Source of the DNA: Bacteroidales bacterium
GTDB taxonomy: Bacteria > Bacteroidota > Bacteroidia > Bacteroidales > JAQUTK01
Length of the DNA stretch: 50,803 nucleotides
Direction of reading: 5' to 3'
NCBI GenBank assembly: GCA_028691445.1
Contig: JAQUZH010000002.1
Span: 1 to 50,803, forward strand
The notes under the pieces are model-generated. The model did not search any database and was not told the origin of the DNA. It saw nothing but the letters and a program-made list of their open reading frames with translations. Shown here piece by piece: positions 41,698 to 50,803 of the stretch (position 1 is the stretch's first letter; each line of letters starts with the position of its first letter). Both the position numbers and the translations under genes were made by a program.

Positions 41698-44217
41698 ATG
41701 ATAATTATGAAACACAGAGTCGCTTTCCTGGTACTGATTCTTTTGATAGGAATCGTTCCGGGATTCTCACAGAATGAAGTAAACAATGTCTCCAATACTC
41801 CGTCAGTGCGTCAGCATTTATTGATGGATTTTGGATGGAAGTTCAGCTATGGCCATGGAAAAAGTTTCGAGAATGACTTTTTGAGCGGAACCGGTTACTT
41901 TTCCTATTTCGCCAAAACCGGTTATGGTGACGGACCTGCTTCCACTAAATTCAAGGATGATGCGTGGCGACAGTTGGATCTGCCGCACGATTGGGTGGTC
42001 GAACAGCCATTCTCGTCCAATGCCAGCCATAGTCATGGTTATTTTACTGTCGGTTGGAAATATCCCGAAAATAGTGTGGGTTGGTATCGTAAGTCATTTA
42101 CTATCCCTGCCTCCGATTTGGGCAAGAAGATCAGTGTTCAGTTTGATGGAGTGTTCCGTAACTCCATTGTGTGGGTCAACGGCTTCTATCTTGGCCATGA
42201 ACAAAGTGGCTATACCGGATTTGAATATGACATGACCGATTATCTGAACTATGGTGGCAATAATGTGATTGCTGTCCGCGTAGATGCCTCCATAGAAGAG
42301 GGGTGGTTTTACGAAGGTGCAGGAATTTATCGTCATGTGTGGATGAACATAACATCACCCCTGCGTGTGGCGCAATACGGTATCTTTGCTTCGTCCGAGA
42401 TGGAAGGATCGGATGCTGTTGTCACAGCCCGTGCTACAATTAGCAACGATGGAAAAGAGGTTGCAGACTTTACTGTCAAGCAAACTCTTGTGGATGCGAA
42501 AGGAAATACTGTAGCCAGTCAATCTGCAGACAACCTCCGATTGAAACCGACAGTATCACAGCAATACTTCTCCAAATTAAAGGTAACCACTCCCAATCTG
42601 TGGTCGCCTGACGCGCCTTATCTGTACACTCTTCGGACCACCGTTTATCAAGGCGATAAGCTGGTTGATAATGTAGAGACAAACATCGGTATCCGCACGC
42701 TACGTTTTGATGCGAACGAAGGATTCTTCCTGAATGGAAAACACCTGAAGATATTGGGTACGAACAATCACCAGGATCATCCGGGAGTCGGAAGTGCCAT
42801 TCCGGATGCGCTTCAGGAATTCCGCATCAAGAGATTGAAAGAGATGGGCAGCAACGCATATCGTTGTTCGCACAACCCTCCAACCCCCGAACTTTTGGAT
42901 GCATGTGATAAACTGGGTATGTTGGTACTCGATGAAAATCGCTTGCAAGGTATCAACCAAGAGCATTTTGACTTATTAGAAAGACTTATCAAACGCGACC
43001 GTAACCATCCATGTGTCATTGCCTGGTCGCTTGGCAACGAAGAGTGGGCGATCGAAAGCAATATCAAAGGAGCAAGGATCACAGAGACCATGCAGCGATT
43101 TGCACAAACCCTCGACTCCACACGTCGTTTCACAGTGGCAATCAGTGGCGGTTGTGGCAATGGTTCGTCGCAAACTGCTGACTTGATGGGTTTCAATTAT
43201 CTCACACAGTGCGACATTGATGAGTATCATAAGAAATACCCCAATCAACCAAGTTGGGGTACGGAAGAAACAACCGGCTGTGGTGCCCGGGGGGTGTATG
43301 CTGATGACAAGAAGAACGGGTACATGACGCAATTTGACCGCAATGGTGGCGCATCGATTGAAAGAGGCTGGAAGTTTTATGACGAAAGAAAATGGCTTGC
43401 AGGGCTTTTCTACTGGACCGGATTTGACTATAAAGGCGAGCCCAACACTCTTTCGTGGCCGGCTGTCAGTTCGCAATTTGGCATCCTCGATGCATGTGGT
43501 TTCCCAAAAGATGCATTCTATTATCTGAAAGCTAATTGGAGCAACGAACCTGTGCTGCACCTGCTTCCACATTGGAACTGGCCGGGAAAAGAAGGAGAGG
43601 AGATCAGTGTCTGGGCGTACAGTAATTGTGACCAGGTCGAACTATACCTCAACAATAAAAGCCTGGGACGTAAACCAATGCCGGATAATGGACATATCGA
43701 ATGGGCTGTAAAATATAAACCCGGAAAATTGCTGGCAAAAGGCTACAAGAAAGGGAAAGAAGTGATGAGAACCGTGGTGCAAACAACCGGTGAAACTGAG
43801 GCCCTCCAGTTGATTGGCGATAAGACTTCTCTGAAAGCCAATGGTGAAGATCTGGTGGTGGTCACCGTAAAAGTCAACGATGCAAAAGGGCTGACTGTAC
43901 CCACAGCCGAGGAAAACATCTCATTTACCGTTGAAGGACCGGGCAAAATCATTGGTGTTGGCAATGGAAACTCAGCCAGTCACGAACCCGATAAGTTTAT
44001 CGAGAGCGTCAACTCAGGAGAGTCACAGCAGACTGCTCCCGCTGTAATCTGGAAACGTAAAGCGTTCAACGGACTGGCCCAGGTTATCGTACAAACAACA
44101 AAGCAGGCGGGTGAAATCACCTTAACTGCTAAAGCCGGTGGACTGGAACCGGGTGTCTTGAAAATCAACTCGATTGCTTCAACTCCAAGACCCACAACAG
44201 AAGACCTAACGAAATAG
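41698..44217 (+). CDS. GH2 glycoside hydrolase, beta-galactosidase-like
   Basis: 839 aa with a signal peptide. It has a GH2 sugar-binding domain, an Ig-like domain and a TIM barrel with the acid/base motif NHPCVIAWSLGNEEW, plus C-terminal Ig-like domains. The WSLGNE form resembles beta-galactosidase/glucuronidase-type GH2 rather than beta-mannosidase. Confidence 0.85.
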   Translation: MIIMKHRVAFLVLILLIGIVPGFSQNEVNNVSNTPSVRQHLLMDFGWKFSYGHGKSFENDFLSGTGYFSYFAKTGYGDGPASTKFKDDAWRQLDLPHDWVVEQPFSSNASHSHGYFTVGWKYPENSVGWYRKSFTIPASDLGKKISVQFDGVFRNSIVWVNGFYLGHEQSGYTGFEYDMTDYLNYGGNNVIAVRVDASIEEGWFYEGAGIYRHVWMNITSPLRVAQYGIFASSEMEGSDAVVTARATISNDGKEVADFTVKQTLVDAKGNTVASQSADNLRLKPTVSQQYFSKLKVTTPNLWSPDAPYLYTLRTTVYQGDKLVDNVETNIGIRTLRFDANEGFFLNGKHLKILGTNNHQDHPGVGSAIPDALQEFRIKRLKEMGSNAYRCSHNPPTPELLDACDKLGMLVLDENRLQGINQEHFDLLERLIKRDRNHPCVIAWSLGNEEWAIESNIKGARITETMQRFAQTLDSTRRFTVAISGGCGNGSSQTADLMGFNYLTQCDIDEYHKKYPNQPSWGTEETTGCGARGVYADDKKNGYMTQFDRNGGASIERGWKFYDERKWLAGLFYWTGFDYKGEPNTLSWPAVSSQFGILDACGFPKDAFYYLKANWSNEPVLHLLPHWNWPGKEGEEISVWAYSNCDQVELYLNNKSLGRKPMPDNGHIEWAVKYKPGKLLAKGYKKGKEVMRTVVQTTGETEALQLIGDKTSLKANGEDLVVVTVKVNDAKGLTVPTAEENISFTVEGPGKIIGVGNGNSASHEPDKFIESVNSGESQQTAPAVIWKRKAFNGLAQVIVQTTKQAGEITLTAKAGGLEPGVLKINSIASTPRPTTEDLTK

Positions 44218-44233
44218 ATCATCTTACACAAAG

Positions 44234-44275
44234 AATCGGTCAAACAACGCTGTCATTATTGTTGTTTGACCGATT
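44234..44275. terminator. Bidirectional hairpin terminator between convergent GH2 and beta-propeller genes
   Basis: Perfect 15-bp stem AATCGGTCAAACAAC (44234-44248) / GTTGTTTGACCGATT (44261-44275) with a 12-nt loop. Confidence 0.7.
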
Positions 44276-44322
44276 TCTATTTACTCAAAAGGGTAACTTG
44301 TTTCCTCTATTAGGTAAACGAA

Positions 44323-45981
44323 TTAGATCTTTACCTTCCCGTGCAATAGAGACGGATTCTTGTCATCCGGATGGATGATTACGATCATATTATACTCTGC
44401 TCCTTTTACCAATACGTTGCCACAGGTGAGTTCGATGTTGGTTTTTTCGTAGGGTTTCAGCCCCTTTACTTTTCCGGTAGCCACGACCACCTCTTTCTTA
44501 TCTGCGGTCGTATATACAATCTTCATTTTGGTACTCTTTGAAGCGACCTGTCCAAAGTTCTGAACCTCCACACTCAATTTAAAACCATTGTCTGAGGAAG
44601 TTATCTTCGGCAAACAAGCAGAAAGAATGGGTTCGATAAAATTCACATAGGGCAGACGGGCATATCCAAACAGAAGTTTGCCTTTGTTTGTCTTACCAAG
44701 CATCTTAGCTGTAAATTCATCTTCGGGAATACCGTTTCCTTCTCCGTTGAAGGTCACAATCAGATCCTTACCCGATTTTTCTGTTTTCAGCACCCCACAA
44801 CCTTTGCCATAGTTTACCGTTTCAGCCTCTCCGAAGCGTAAAGAGTTGATATCAATGTCCGATTGCGGATCAAAACCTTCCTCCGATGCTATCTTTACAC
44901 GAATCGTTTTTGTCTTTTCTGTGATTGGTTTCTTGTCCAGTATAGTTAATAAACGTCCGGTAGTCAATGGAATACAGATATTCTTTGAACTATGATTATC
45001 ATTGGCCTTGTCCTCGTTTTTCAAAGTATCAATCACTGCAAAATTTGCCTGAATAGCACGTCCGTATTGGTCTTGGTATATTTTTATACGCTCATACTTG
45101 AACCACTCTTCGATCTTGCCGTCCTCAAGTACAGAGACTCCCGGCAAATAGGCTTCTCCTGATTCCCATTTCCAATTACGACCATCTTTTGAACGGAGAT
45201 AATAGGCCGCACGTCCAAGCCAGTCGTTGACAATCAGGTTATACTGCACGTTATCACGCCAGATTACAGGATCTTCAAAACGACCACGGATATCCGGATA
45301 TACTCTTTTCTCAGATATTTGATTATAAGCCGATATTCCTGTCTGACTAAACCAGACACCACCCCCACGACAAACCATCATATAGGATCCATCTTCTCGT
45401 TGCGCAAAAGTCAGGTTGGACAGCCCTTCAATAATATGCCTGTCGCGATTGAGAAACTCAAACTTCTTATACGTCCAGGGGCCATTACATCCATCTGCAA
45501 TGTAATAACCATCAATAACATAAAGGACATATCTTCCATCTTTCAATCTGTACACTTCAGGATTATGTCCTTTTCCAACAGTGTCTATTACCACAAAGGG
45601 ACCATAGGGATTATCTGACACTGCATTGAAGACCGTTGATCCCGGCCAGGTAGCATGTCCTCTCGGCGAACTTTCAAGCCAGCCGCACACAAAAAGATGA
45701 TACTTGCCGTCCTCGCACTTCTTGATATTTCCACCCCAGTACGACCATTTCCTATTTTCAATGCCATTATCAATGTATCGGGGAATCACACCTTCCGCTC
45801 CCCAGGTGTCTGAAGTAAGTTTGCCGACACTCTTCATGGGTAGGAACAGGTCCATAAATCGTCCGCCTTGAACGAGATTCTCCCATCCAGCCGGGCGAAT
45901 ACGCTCTTCAATTTGTGCCATTGCCTCATTGCCTATCACTAAGAAGGTCACCAATACGATAAGAATTTGTTTTGTCTTCAT
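44323..45981 (-). CDS. Secreted beta-propeller protein (GH43/GH117-clan-like pattern) with C-terminal Ig/CARDB-like domains; function unassigned
   Basis: 552 aa with a signal peptide. Repeated blade-like motifs are present (WSYWGGNIKKCEDGKYHLFV, HNPEVYRLKDGRYVLYV, EDPVIWRDNVQYNLIVND, YLRSKDGRNWKWE). The C-terminal FKLSVEVQNFGQVASKSTKMKIVY...YEKTNIELTCG looks CARDB-like. Confidence 0.4.
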   Translation of the reverse strand: MKTKQILIVLVTFLVIGNEAMAQIEERIRPAGWENLVQGGRFMDLFLPMKSVGKLTSDTWGAEGVIPRYIDNGIENRKWSYWGGNIKKCEDGKYHLFVCGWLESSPRGHATWPGSTVFNAVSDNPYGPFVVIDTVGKGHNPEVYRLKDGRYVLYVIDGYYIADGCNGPWTYKKFEFLNRDRHIIEGLSNLTFAQREDGSYMMVCRGGGVWFSQTGISAYNQISEKRVYPDIRGRFEDPVIWRDNVQYNLIVNDWLGRAAYYLRSKDGRNWKWESGEAYLPGVSVLEDGKIEEWFKYERIKIYQDQYGRAIQANFAVIDTLKNEDKANDNHSSKNICIPLTTGRLLTILDKKPITEKTKTIRVKIASEEGFDPQSDIDINSLRFGEAETVNYGKGCGVLKTEKSGKDLIVTFNGEGNGIPEDEFTAKMLGKTNKGKLLFGYARLPYVNFIEPILSACLPKITSSDNGFKLSVEVQNFGQVASKSTKMKIVYTTADKKEVVVATGKVKGLKPYEKTNIELTCGNVLVKGAEYNMIVIIHPDDKNPSLLHGKVKI

Positions 45982-46145
45982 GTGCGTTAATTAGTTTAAT
46001 ATACAGGCGGCAAAGTAAGTCAAAATTTTCGCTTTGACGGGCGACATTTCCTTTAACTTATATGAATCAAAGAGAGAACGACAGTAAAGCTTTACCCGTT
46101 AAATTGATTTTTCGGGTAATTAAGATCTTCTTTCATATTAATGTA

Positions 46146-46153
46146 TAACTTTG
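46146..46153 (+). promoter_or_regulatory. Candidate -7 box (TAACTTTG) for the PBP1A gene
   Basis: TAnnTTTG match 33 nt upstream of the ATG at 46186. Confidence 0.4.
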
Positions 46154-46185
46154 TTGCTGTTTTTTACGAAGGCAAAATATAACGC

Positions 46186-48645
46186 ATGACATTACAAGGG
46201 ATCAAAACACTCGTGAAAGAATCATTGTCTAATGCAAAGGCATGGCTTTCATCAAATAATAAAGGATACGCTCACTTGATGAGTGCTCCGGTTTCCTTCT
46301 TTCAGATATGCAGAAACTGCCTGAAAAGATGCCTCTCTTATTATCGCCAATCACAATGGTATAAGAAGATACTCCTTTCAATTGCGACCTTCATCCTCTT
46401 TTTTCTGCTTTATCTGGTGATGGTGGATATCAACTTCCTTTGGCTGTTTGGCAAATCGCCAAGTATGTCCATGATCAAGAACCCCCAGCAAAGTGAAGCA
46501 TCATTTATATACACAGCCGATGGAAAACCGTTCGGCAAGTATTTTCGTGAAAACAGAACTCCTGTGGAATACGAAGAGATTTCCCCTCTTTTGATCAAGA
46601 CCCTTATTTGTACAGAAGACGAACGTTTTTATGAGCACTTTGGAGTGGATCTGAAAGGTGTTTTTTCTGCTATAAAGGATATGACTCAGGGAAAAGCACG
46701 CGGAGCCAGTACGATCACTCAGCAGCTGGTAAAAAACATGTTTAAGGTTCGCTCCCAATACTCCAGAGGTCTTTTGGGCTATATCCCGGGAGTCAAACTG
46801 CTTATCATGAAGTCGAAAGAGTGGATTACTGCAGTGAAAATTGAAATGAGGTATTCAAAAAAAGAGATTCTGACCATGTATCTCAATACCGTTGATTTCG
46901 GAAGTAATGCGTATGGAATAAAAACGGCTTGCAAGACCTATTTCAAATCCACACCAAAGGATATCACCATTGAACAGTCCGCCACACTGGTCGGATTGCT
47001 GAAAGCAACAACAACCTATAATCCACGTGTCAATCCAAAAAACAGTCTGAAACGACGCAATGTTGTACTGGATAATCTGTTCTCTCATCGCCTGATTACT
47101 GCCGCCGAACTGGATTCTCTGAAACTGATTCCGATACGTTTAAACTATAGCGTAGAAAGTAATTATGATGGCGAAGCGCTCTATTTTAGAGAAGCAGTTG
47201 CCGAGTCTCTGAAAGAATGGTGCAAAGAGAATAACATTGACCTCTATTCGGATGGTTTGAGAATTTATACAACACTGGATTCACGTATGCAAAAGTACGC
47301 GGAGATGGCTGTGGACAAACAGATGCGTATTGTACAGAATAACTTCAACAACCATTGGGGGCGTGAGAATCCGTGGCAGGATGAAAGCCATAAAGAGATT
47401 GTCAATTTCATCGAGGATATTGCAAAAGGCACGTTAGCCTACAAAGCTTTACACAGTAAATATCCGAATCAACCTGATTCAGTTACATTTTATCTGAATA
47501 AACCTCACCGACTGAAAGTGTTCGATTACAAAGTCGGAGTCAAAGATACCACGTTCAGCACAATGGACTCCATCCGCTACATGGAGCGTTTTATGCACAC
47601 GGGATTTGTCTCTATCGAACCGCAAACAGGATTTATAAAGGCATGGGTAGGTGATATAAATTTCGAAACATGGAAATACGACAAGGTACTGTCTAAACGT
47701 CAACCGGGTTCTACCTTCAAACTCTTTGTATATGCCACTGCACTGAATAAAGGGTTAGCTCCATGCGATACTCGTGTGGATCAATATATTGCTTGGGATG
47801 TGATGGATAAAGGCGAAATGAAGAAATGGACTCCCCGCAACGCAAATGGCGTTTACACCGGCGAAAACCTGACCCTGAAAGCTGCTTTTGCGAGATCAAT
47901 CAACACGATCGCCGTACAATTGGCTAAAGAGTTTGGAGTGGAAGAGGTCATCAAGACGGCTTATGCCATGGGGATAAAAACGCCATTGAATGCCATTCCA
48001 TCGGTCTCACTTGGTTCGTCGGACGTTTCACTGCTCGAATTGGTAAATGCTTATTGCACCGTTATCAATGACGGTATGACTCATGATCCGATATTAGTTA
48101 CCCGCGTTGAAGATCATGAAGGGAAAGTATTATTTGAGCACAAACCTGTGCAAACGGAAGCGATTCCTTACGAGACAGCGTTTCTGATGACACAAATGCT
48201 TCGTGCTGGATTAACCGAATATAATGCTACTTCACAAAATCTGTGGAGCTATGATATTTTTCGTGATGGTACTGAGTTTGGAGGAAAGACAGGTACTTCA
48301 TCAAACCATTCTGATGCTTGGTTTGTAGGTGTTTCTCCCAATTTGGTTGGAGGAGCTTGGGTTGGAGGTGAACACAGAAGCGTGCACTTCAGAACAGGCA
48401 AGCTAGGTGAAGGGAGTAAAACCGCGTTACCCATCTTTGGTTACTTCATGGAACAGGTGCTTAAAGATGACAACCTTTCAAAATACAGAGCTAAATTTCC
48501 AAAGCCCAAACAAAAGATTGAGAAATCGTACGACTGCCAGTCTCATCGTCCAGCAAATGACTCAATCGACGGATTGGAAGGAGATAGCCTGCTCTTAGAT
48601 AATGATATTGATGCGATTGAAGAAAACGATTCTATCCTATTGTGA
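46186..48645 (+). CDS. Class A penicillin-binding protein (PBP1A-type bifunctional glycosyltransferase GT51 / transpeptidase)
   Basis: 819 aa with a TM anchor. GT51 motifs are EDERFYEHFGVD, GASTITQQLVKN and RKxxE-like KIEMRYSKKEIL. Transpeptidase motifs are STFK (GSTFKLFVYA), SIN (RSINTIA) and KTGT (GKTGTSS). Confidence 0.92.
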   Translation: MTLQGIKTLVKESLSNAKAWLSSNNKGYAHLMSAPVSFFQICRNCLKRCLSYYRQSQWYKKILLSIATFILFFLLYLVMVDINFLWLFGKSPSMSMIKNPQQSEASFIYTADGKPFGKYFRENRTPVEYEEISPLLIKTLICTEDERFYEHFGVDLKGVFSAIKDMTQGKARGASTITQQLVKNMFKVRSQYSRGLLGYIPGVKLLIMKSKEWITAVKIEMRYSKKEILTMYLNTVDFGSNAYGIKTACKTYFKSTPKDITIEQSATLVGLLKATTTYNPRVNPKNSLKRRNVVLDNLFSHRLITAAELDSLKLIPIRLNYSVESNYDGEALYFREAVAESLKEWCKENNIDLYSDGLRIYTTLDSRMQKYAEMAVDKQMRIVQNNFNNHWGRENPWQDESHKEIVNFIEDIAKGTLAYKALHSKYPNQPDSVTFYLNKPHRLKVFDYKVGVKDTTFSTMDSIRYMERFMHTGFVSIEPQTGFIKAWVGDINFETWKYDKVLSKRQPGSTFKLFVYATALNKGLAPCDTRVDQYIAWDVMDKGEMKKWTPRNANGVYTGENLTLKAAFARSINTIAVQLAKEFGVEEVIKTAYAMGIKTPLNAIPSVSLGSSDVSLLELVNAYCTVINDGMTHDPILVTRVEDHEGKVLFEHKPVQTEAIPYETAFLMTQMLRAGLTEYNATSQNLWSYDIFRDGTEFGGKTGTSSNHSDAWFVGVSPNLVGGAWVGGEHRSVHFRTGKLGEGSKTALPIFGYFMEQVLKDDNLSKYRAKFPKPKQKIEKSYDCQSHRPANDSIDGLEGDSLLLDNDIDAIEENDSILL

Positions 48646-48735
48646 GAATTGCGGTCTGTTCACCATATCTTATGTAATAATCAGGCTCGTTGTTCGTTTC
48701 TATTTAGAATGGGATAATAATCTTTGAAAGTTTTC

Positions 48736-48743
48736 TATCTTTG
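48736..48743 (+). promoter_or_regulatory. Candidate -7 box (TATCTTTG) for the DUF2723 gene
   Basis: TAnnTTTG match 55 nt upstream of the ATG at 48798. Confidence 0.35.
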
Positions 48744-48797
48744 TCCGCATTTTTACCTGTTTGCAACGTAAGTATAATTTATAACGACTATAATTGA

Positions 48798-50803
48798 ATG
48801 AAAAATTACAAGCTACTGAACAATCTTTTCGGATGGATCAGTTTTGTCATTGCTGCCATTGTCTATATCATGACAACGGAATCTTCCGCAAGCTTTTGGG
48901 ATTGCAGTGAATTTATCTCTTCTGCGTTTAAACTTGAAGTAGGACATCCTCCCGGAGCACCATTCTTTATGCTTTGTGCCAATCTCTTTACTCACTTCAC
49001 ATCGGATGTGACGATGGTGGGAAAGATGGTCAATATATTCTCTGCATTATGCAGTGCCGCAACTATACTGTTCCTTTTCTGGACTATTACGCATCTGGCA
49101 AAAAAGATTGCCTGTAAGGATGGAGAAGTTCCTTCGCTGGCGCAATCTATTGCGATCTTAGGTAGTGGTATGGTCGGCGCTTTGGCGTATGCTTTCTCAG
49201 ATACGTTCTGGTTTTCAGCTGTTGAAGGTGAAGTATATGCTTTCTCTTCACTCTTTACCGCTGTTGTCTTTTGGTTGATCCTGAAGTGGGAAGAGCATGC
49301 TGACGAACCGCACTCGGATCGTTGGATTGTGCTTATCGCCTATCTGATGGGACTTTCCATCGGTGTTCACTTACTCAACCTCCTTGCTATCCCAGCTATT
49401 TCTTTGGTTTTTTACTACAAGAAATTCTCAAACACAAACTGGAAAGGTACTTTCATGGCTCTTCTCGTCTCTTTTGCTCTTGTAGGAGTCTTGATGTATG
49501 GATTGATTCCGGGTATGGTGCACGTGGCAGGATGGTTTGAACTGTTCTTTGTCAATACGCTCTCTATGCCTTTCAATACAGGTGTTCTGGTTTATTGCCT
49601 CCTAGTTGTCGCAGCTATCGTTTGGGGCATTTATGAGAGTGGTCATGGGAAAAACCGCCTGCGTGCAAACAGCTCGTTCATGGTTTCGGTCATCCTGATG
49701 GGAGCTCCTTTTATCGGATCCAGTCTGATTATCGGAATTATTTTGATCGTGGCACTTGGTCTCTTCTTGTTTATGATGAAGGAGATCAACTACCGTGTAA
49801 TGAATACCACTCTACTCTCTATGATGGTTATGGCGATCGGATACTCTTCCTATGCGGTCATTGTTATCCGCGCTTCGGCAAATACTCCGATGAGTCAGAA
49901 TGCTCCTAAAGATGTGTTCACATTGGAAAGCTACCTGAACCGCGAACAGTATGGAGAACGTCCGTTGTTGTACGGACAGACTTTCGTGGCTGATATACAG
50001 CGTGAAGCTCAGGGTAACGGGTGTGTTCCTGTTTATAAGGAAGGAGCAGCAACATACGCTCGTGAGATAAAGAAAGATCCGAATGATAACGATAAGTATA
50101 TCGTTTCGGGACATAAATCAACACCAGTCTATCAGCCTGAACTCTGCATGCTCTTTCCCCGTATGTATAGCAGCGCCGAAGAGATGGGACATGTCAGCGA
50201 ATATAAACGGTGGTCCAATTTCGAAGGGACTCCGGTGACAGCCAATATCTGTGGAGAGATGAAGACCGTGATGAAACCGACATTTATGGAAAACATGCGT
50301 TTCTTCTTCAGCTATCAGCTCGGATATATGTATTTCCGCTACTTTATGTGGAACTACTCGGGTCGCCAAAACGATATTCAGGGACACGGAGAAATACAAA
50401 ATGGAAATGTGCTTACCGGGTTCAACTTTATCGACAAACATTTTGTGGGTGACCAAACTACACTGCCACCGGATATGGCTAATAACAAAGGGCGTAATGT
50501 CTACTACATGCTTCCTTTGCTGTTGGGTATTCTCGGACTTGCTTTCCAGATTGGACGTGGGAAGACGGGCGAACAAACTTTCTTTGTCACTTTCATGCTC
50601 TTCTTTATGACGGGTATTGCGATCGTGCTTTACCTGAACCAGTATCCGAATCAGCCGCGTGAACGAGACTATGCCTACGCCGGATCGTTTTATGCATTCG
50701 CCATATGGATCGGATTGGGTACATATGCACTGTTTAAAGGGATAAGCCGCTATGCACCCAAAACAATCAGCAGTGTCATTGCTGTCGTTCTGTCTTTGTT
50801 GGT
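48798..50803 (+). CDS. DUF2723-family polytopic membrane protein (GT-C-like glycosyltransferase fold), 5' part; continues past the window end
   Basis: Not in the ORF track because it has no stop in the window. I read the frame from ATG 48798 to 50803 without a stop: MKNYKLLNNLFGWISFVIAAIVYIMTTESSASFWDCSEFISSAFKLEVGHPPGAPFFML.... The SFWDC.EFI...KL.V.HPPGAP opening and the multi-TM layout are typical of DUF2723 proteins. Confidence 0.8.
   Translation, partial: MKNYKLLNNLFGWISFVIAAIVYIMTTESSASFWDCSEFISSAFKLEVGHPPGAPFFMLCANLFTHFTSDVTMVGKMVNIFSALCSAATILFLFWTITHLAKKIACKDGEVPSLAQSIAILGSGMVGALAYAFSDTFWFSAVEGEVYAFSSLFTAVVFWLILKWEEHADEPHSDRWIVLIAYLMGLSIGVHLLNLLAIPAISLVFYYKKFSNTNWKGTFMALLVSFALVGVLMYGLIPGMVHVAGWFELFFVNTLSMPFNTGVLVYCLLVVAAIVWGIYESGHGKNRLRANSSFMVSVILMGAPFIGSSLIIGIILIVALGLFLFMMKEINYRVMNTTLLSMMVMAIGYSSYAVIVIRASANTPMSQNAPKDVFTLESYLNREQYGERPLLYGQTFVADIQREAQGNGCVPVYKEGAATYAREIKKDPNDNDKYIVSGHKSTPVYQPELCMLFPRMYSSAEEMGHVSEYKRWSNFEGTPVTANICGEMKTVMKPTFMENMRFFFSYQLGYMYFRYFMWNYSGRQNDIQGHGEIQNGNVLTGFNFIDKHFVGDQTTLPPDMANNKGRNVYYMLPLLLGILGLAFQIGRGKTGEQTFFVTFMLFFMTGIAIVLYLNQYPNQPRERDYAYAGSFYAFAIWIGLGTYALFKGISRYAPKTISSVIAVVLSLL

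Noticed and set aside
42976-43572. 198-aa minus-strand ORF inside the GH2 gene. Similar long antisense ORFs occur at 21051-21656 (in the 698-aa gene), 33909-34382 (in CE7) and 50118-50576 (in the DUF2723 gene).
   Set aside because: All lie entirely within, and antisense to, ORFs with strong family signatures. None has start-site context or recognisable domains.
1-50803. Window-wide scan by eye for CRISPR arrays, tRNA/rRNA genes, IS elements or integrases, toxin-antitoxin pairs and defence-system genes.
   Set aside because: I found no regularly spaced direct repeats, no cloverleaf-like or rRNA-like segments in the intergenic regions, and no recombinase-like ORFs. Every ORF longer than 250 aa is accounted for by cell-envelope or glycan-metabolism families. 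Absence is judged by eye only and should be confirmed with tRNAscan, Infernal and ISEScan-type tools.

Overview
AT-rich chromosomal window from a Bacteroidota (Bacteroidales-like) genome. The taxon call rests on many TAnnTTTG '-7' promoter boxes, T9SS C-terminal sorting domains and glycine-lipid genes next to the dcw cluster. Content, left to right: (1) A near-complete dcw cluster on the minus strand (rsmH-ftsL-ftsI-murE-mraY-murD-ftsW-murG-murC, then ftsQ-ftsA-ftsZ). It has no mraZ. Between murC and ftsQ it is split by an opposite-strand gene for a T9SS-sorted protein made only of three lamin-tail-domain modules, followed by a strong bidirectional terminator. (2) A divergent plus-strand operon with a PlsC-like O-acyltransferase, an OlsB/GNAT-like N-acyltransferase (glycine-lipid GlsA/GlsB type), a MenA-like UbiA prenyltransferase and a translationally coupled CPBP intramembrane protease. 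(3) A GH20 hexosaminidase co-transcribed with an unassigned 698-aa TIM-barrel-like protein. (4) An AraC-family regulator followed by about 20 kb of mannan-utilisation genes: a GH5-GH130-GPH symporter-cellobiose/mannobiose 2-epimerase operon, a CBM+GH26+T9SS-CTD mannanase, and an esterase-rich operon (CE1-like, beta-lactamase-fold, GH26, CE7, alpha/beta hydrolase). These are followed by a GH30-like gene broken at a G7 tract, a GH2 and a beta-propeller protein. No SusC/SusD pair is present. (5) A class A PBP and a DUF2723 membrane protein that runs off the 3' edge. I saw no tRNA/rRNA genes, CRISPR arrays, transposases or integrases. The most novel signal is a 26-bp direct-repeat element, G[A/T]TAAGATAGT[A/G]TCA-N8-GATAA, placed exactly 32 nt upstream of a -7 box in three separate mannan promoters. 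It is a candidate operator for the adjacent AraC-family regulator. Other signals worth a second look: a 14-bp perfect palindrome exactly centred between two divergent -7 boxes, an orphan small transcription unit with a nested terminator in an 840-bp intergenic region, and the homopolymer frameshift. All functional calls come from motif and family recognition by eye, and no database search was run.
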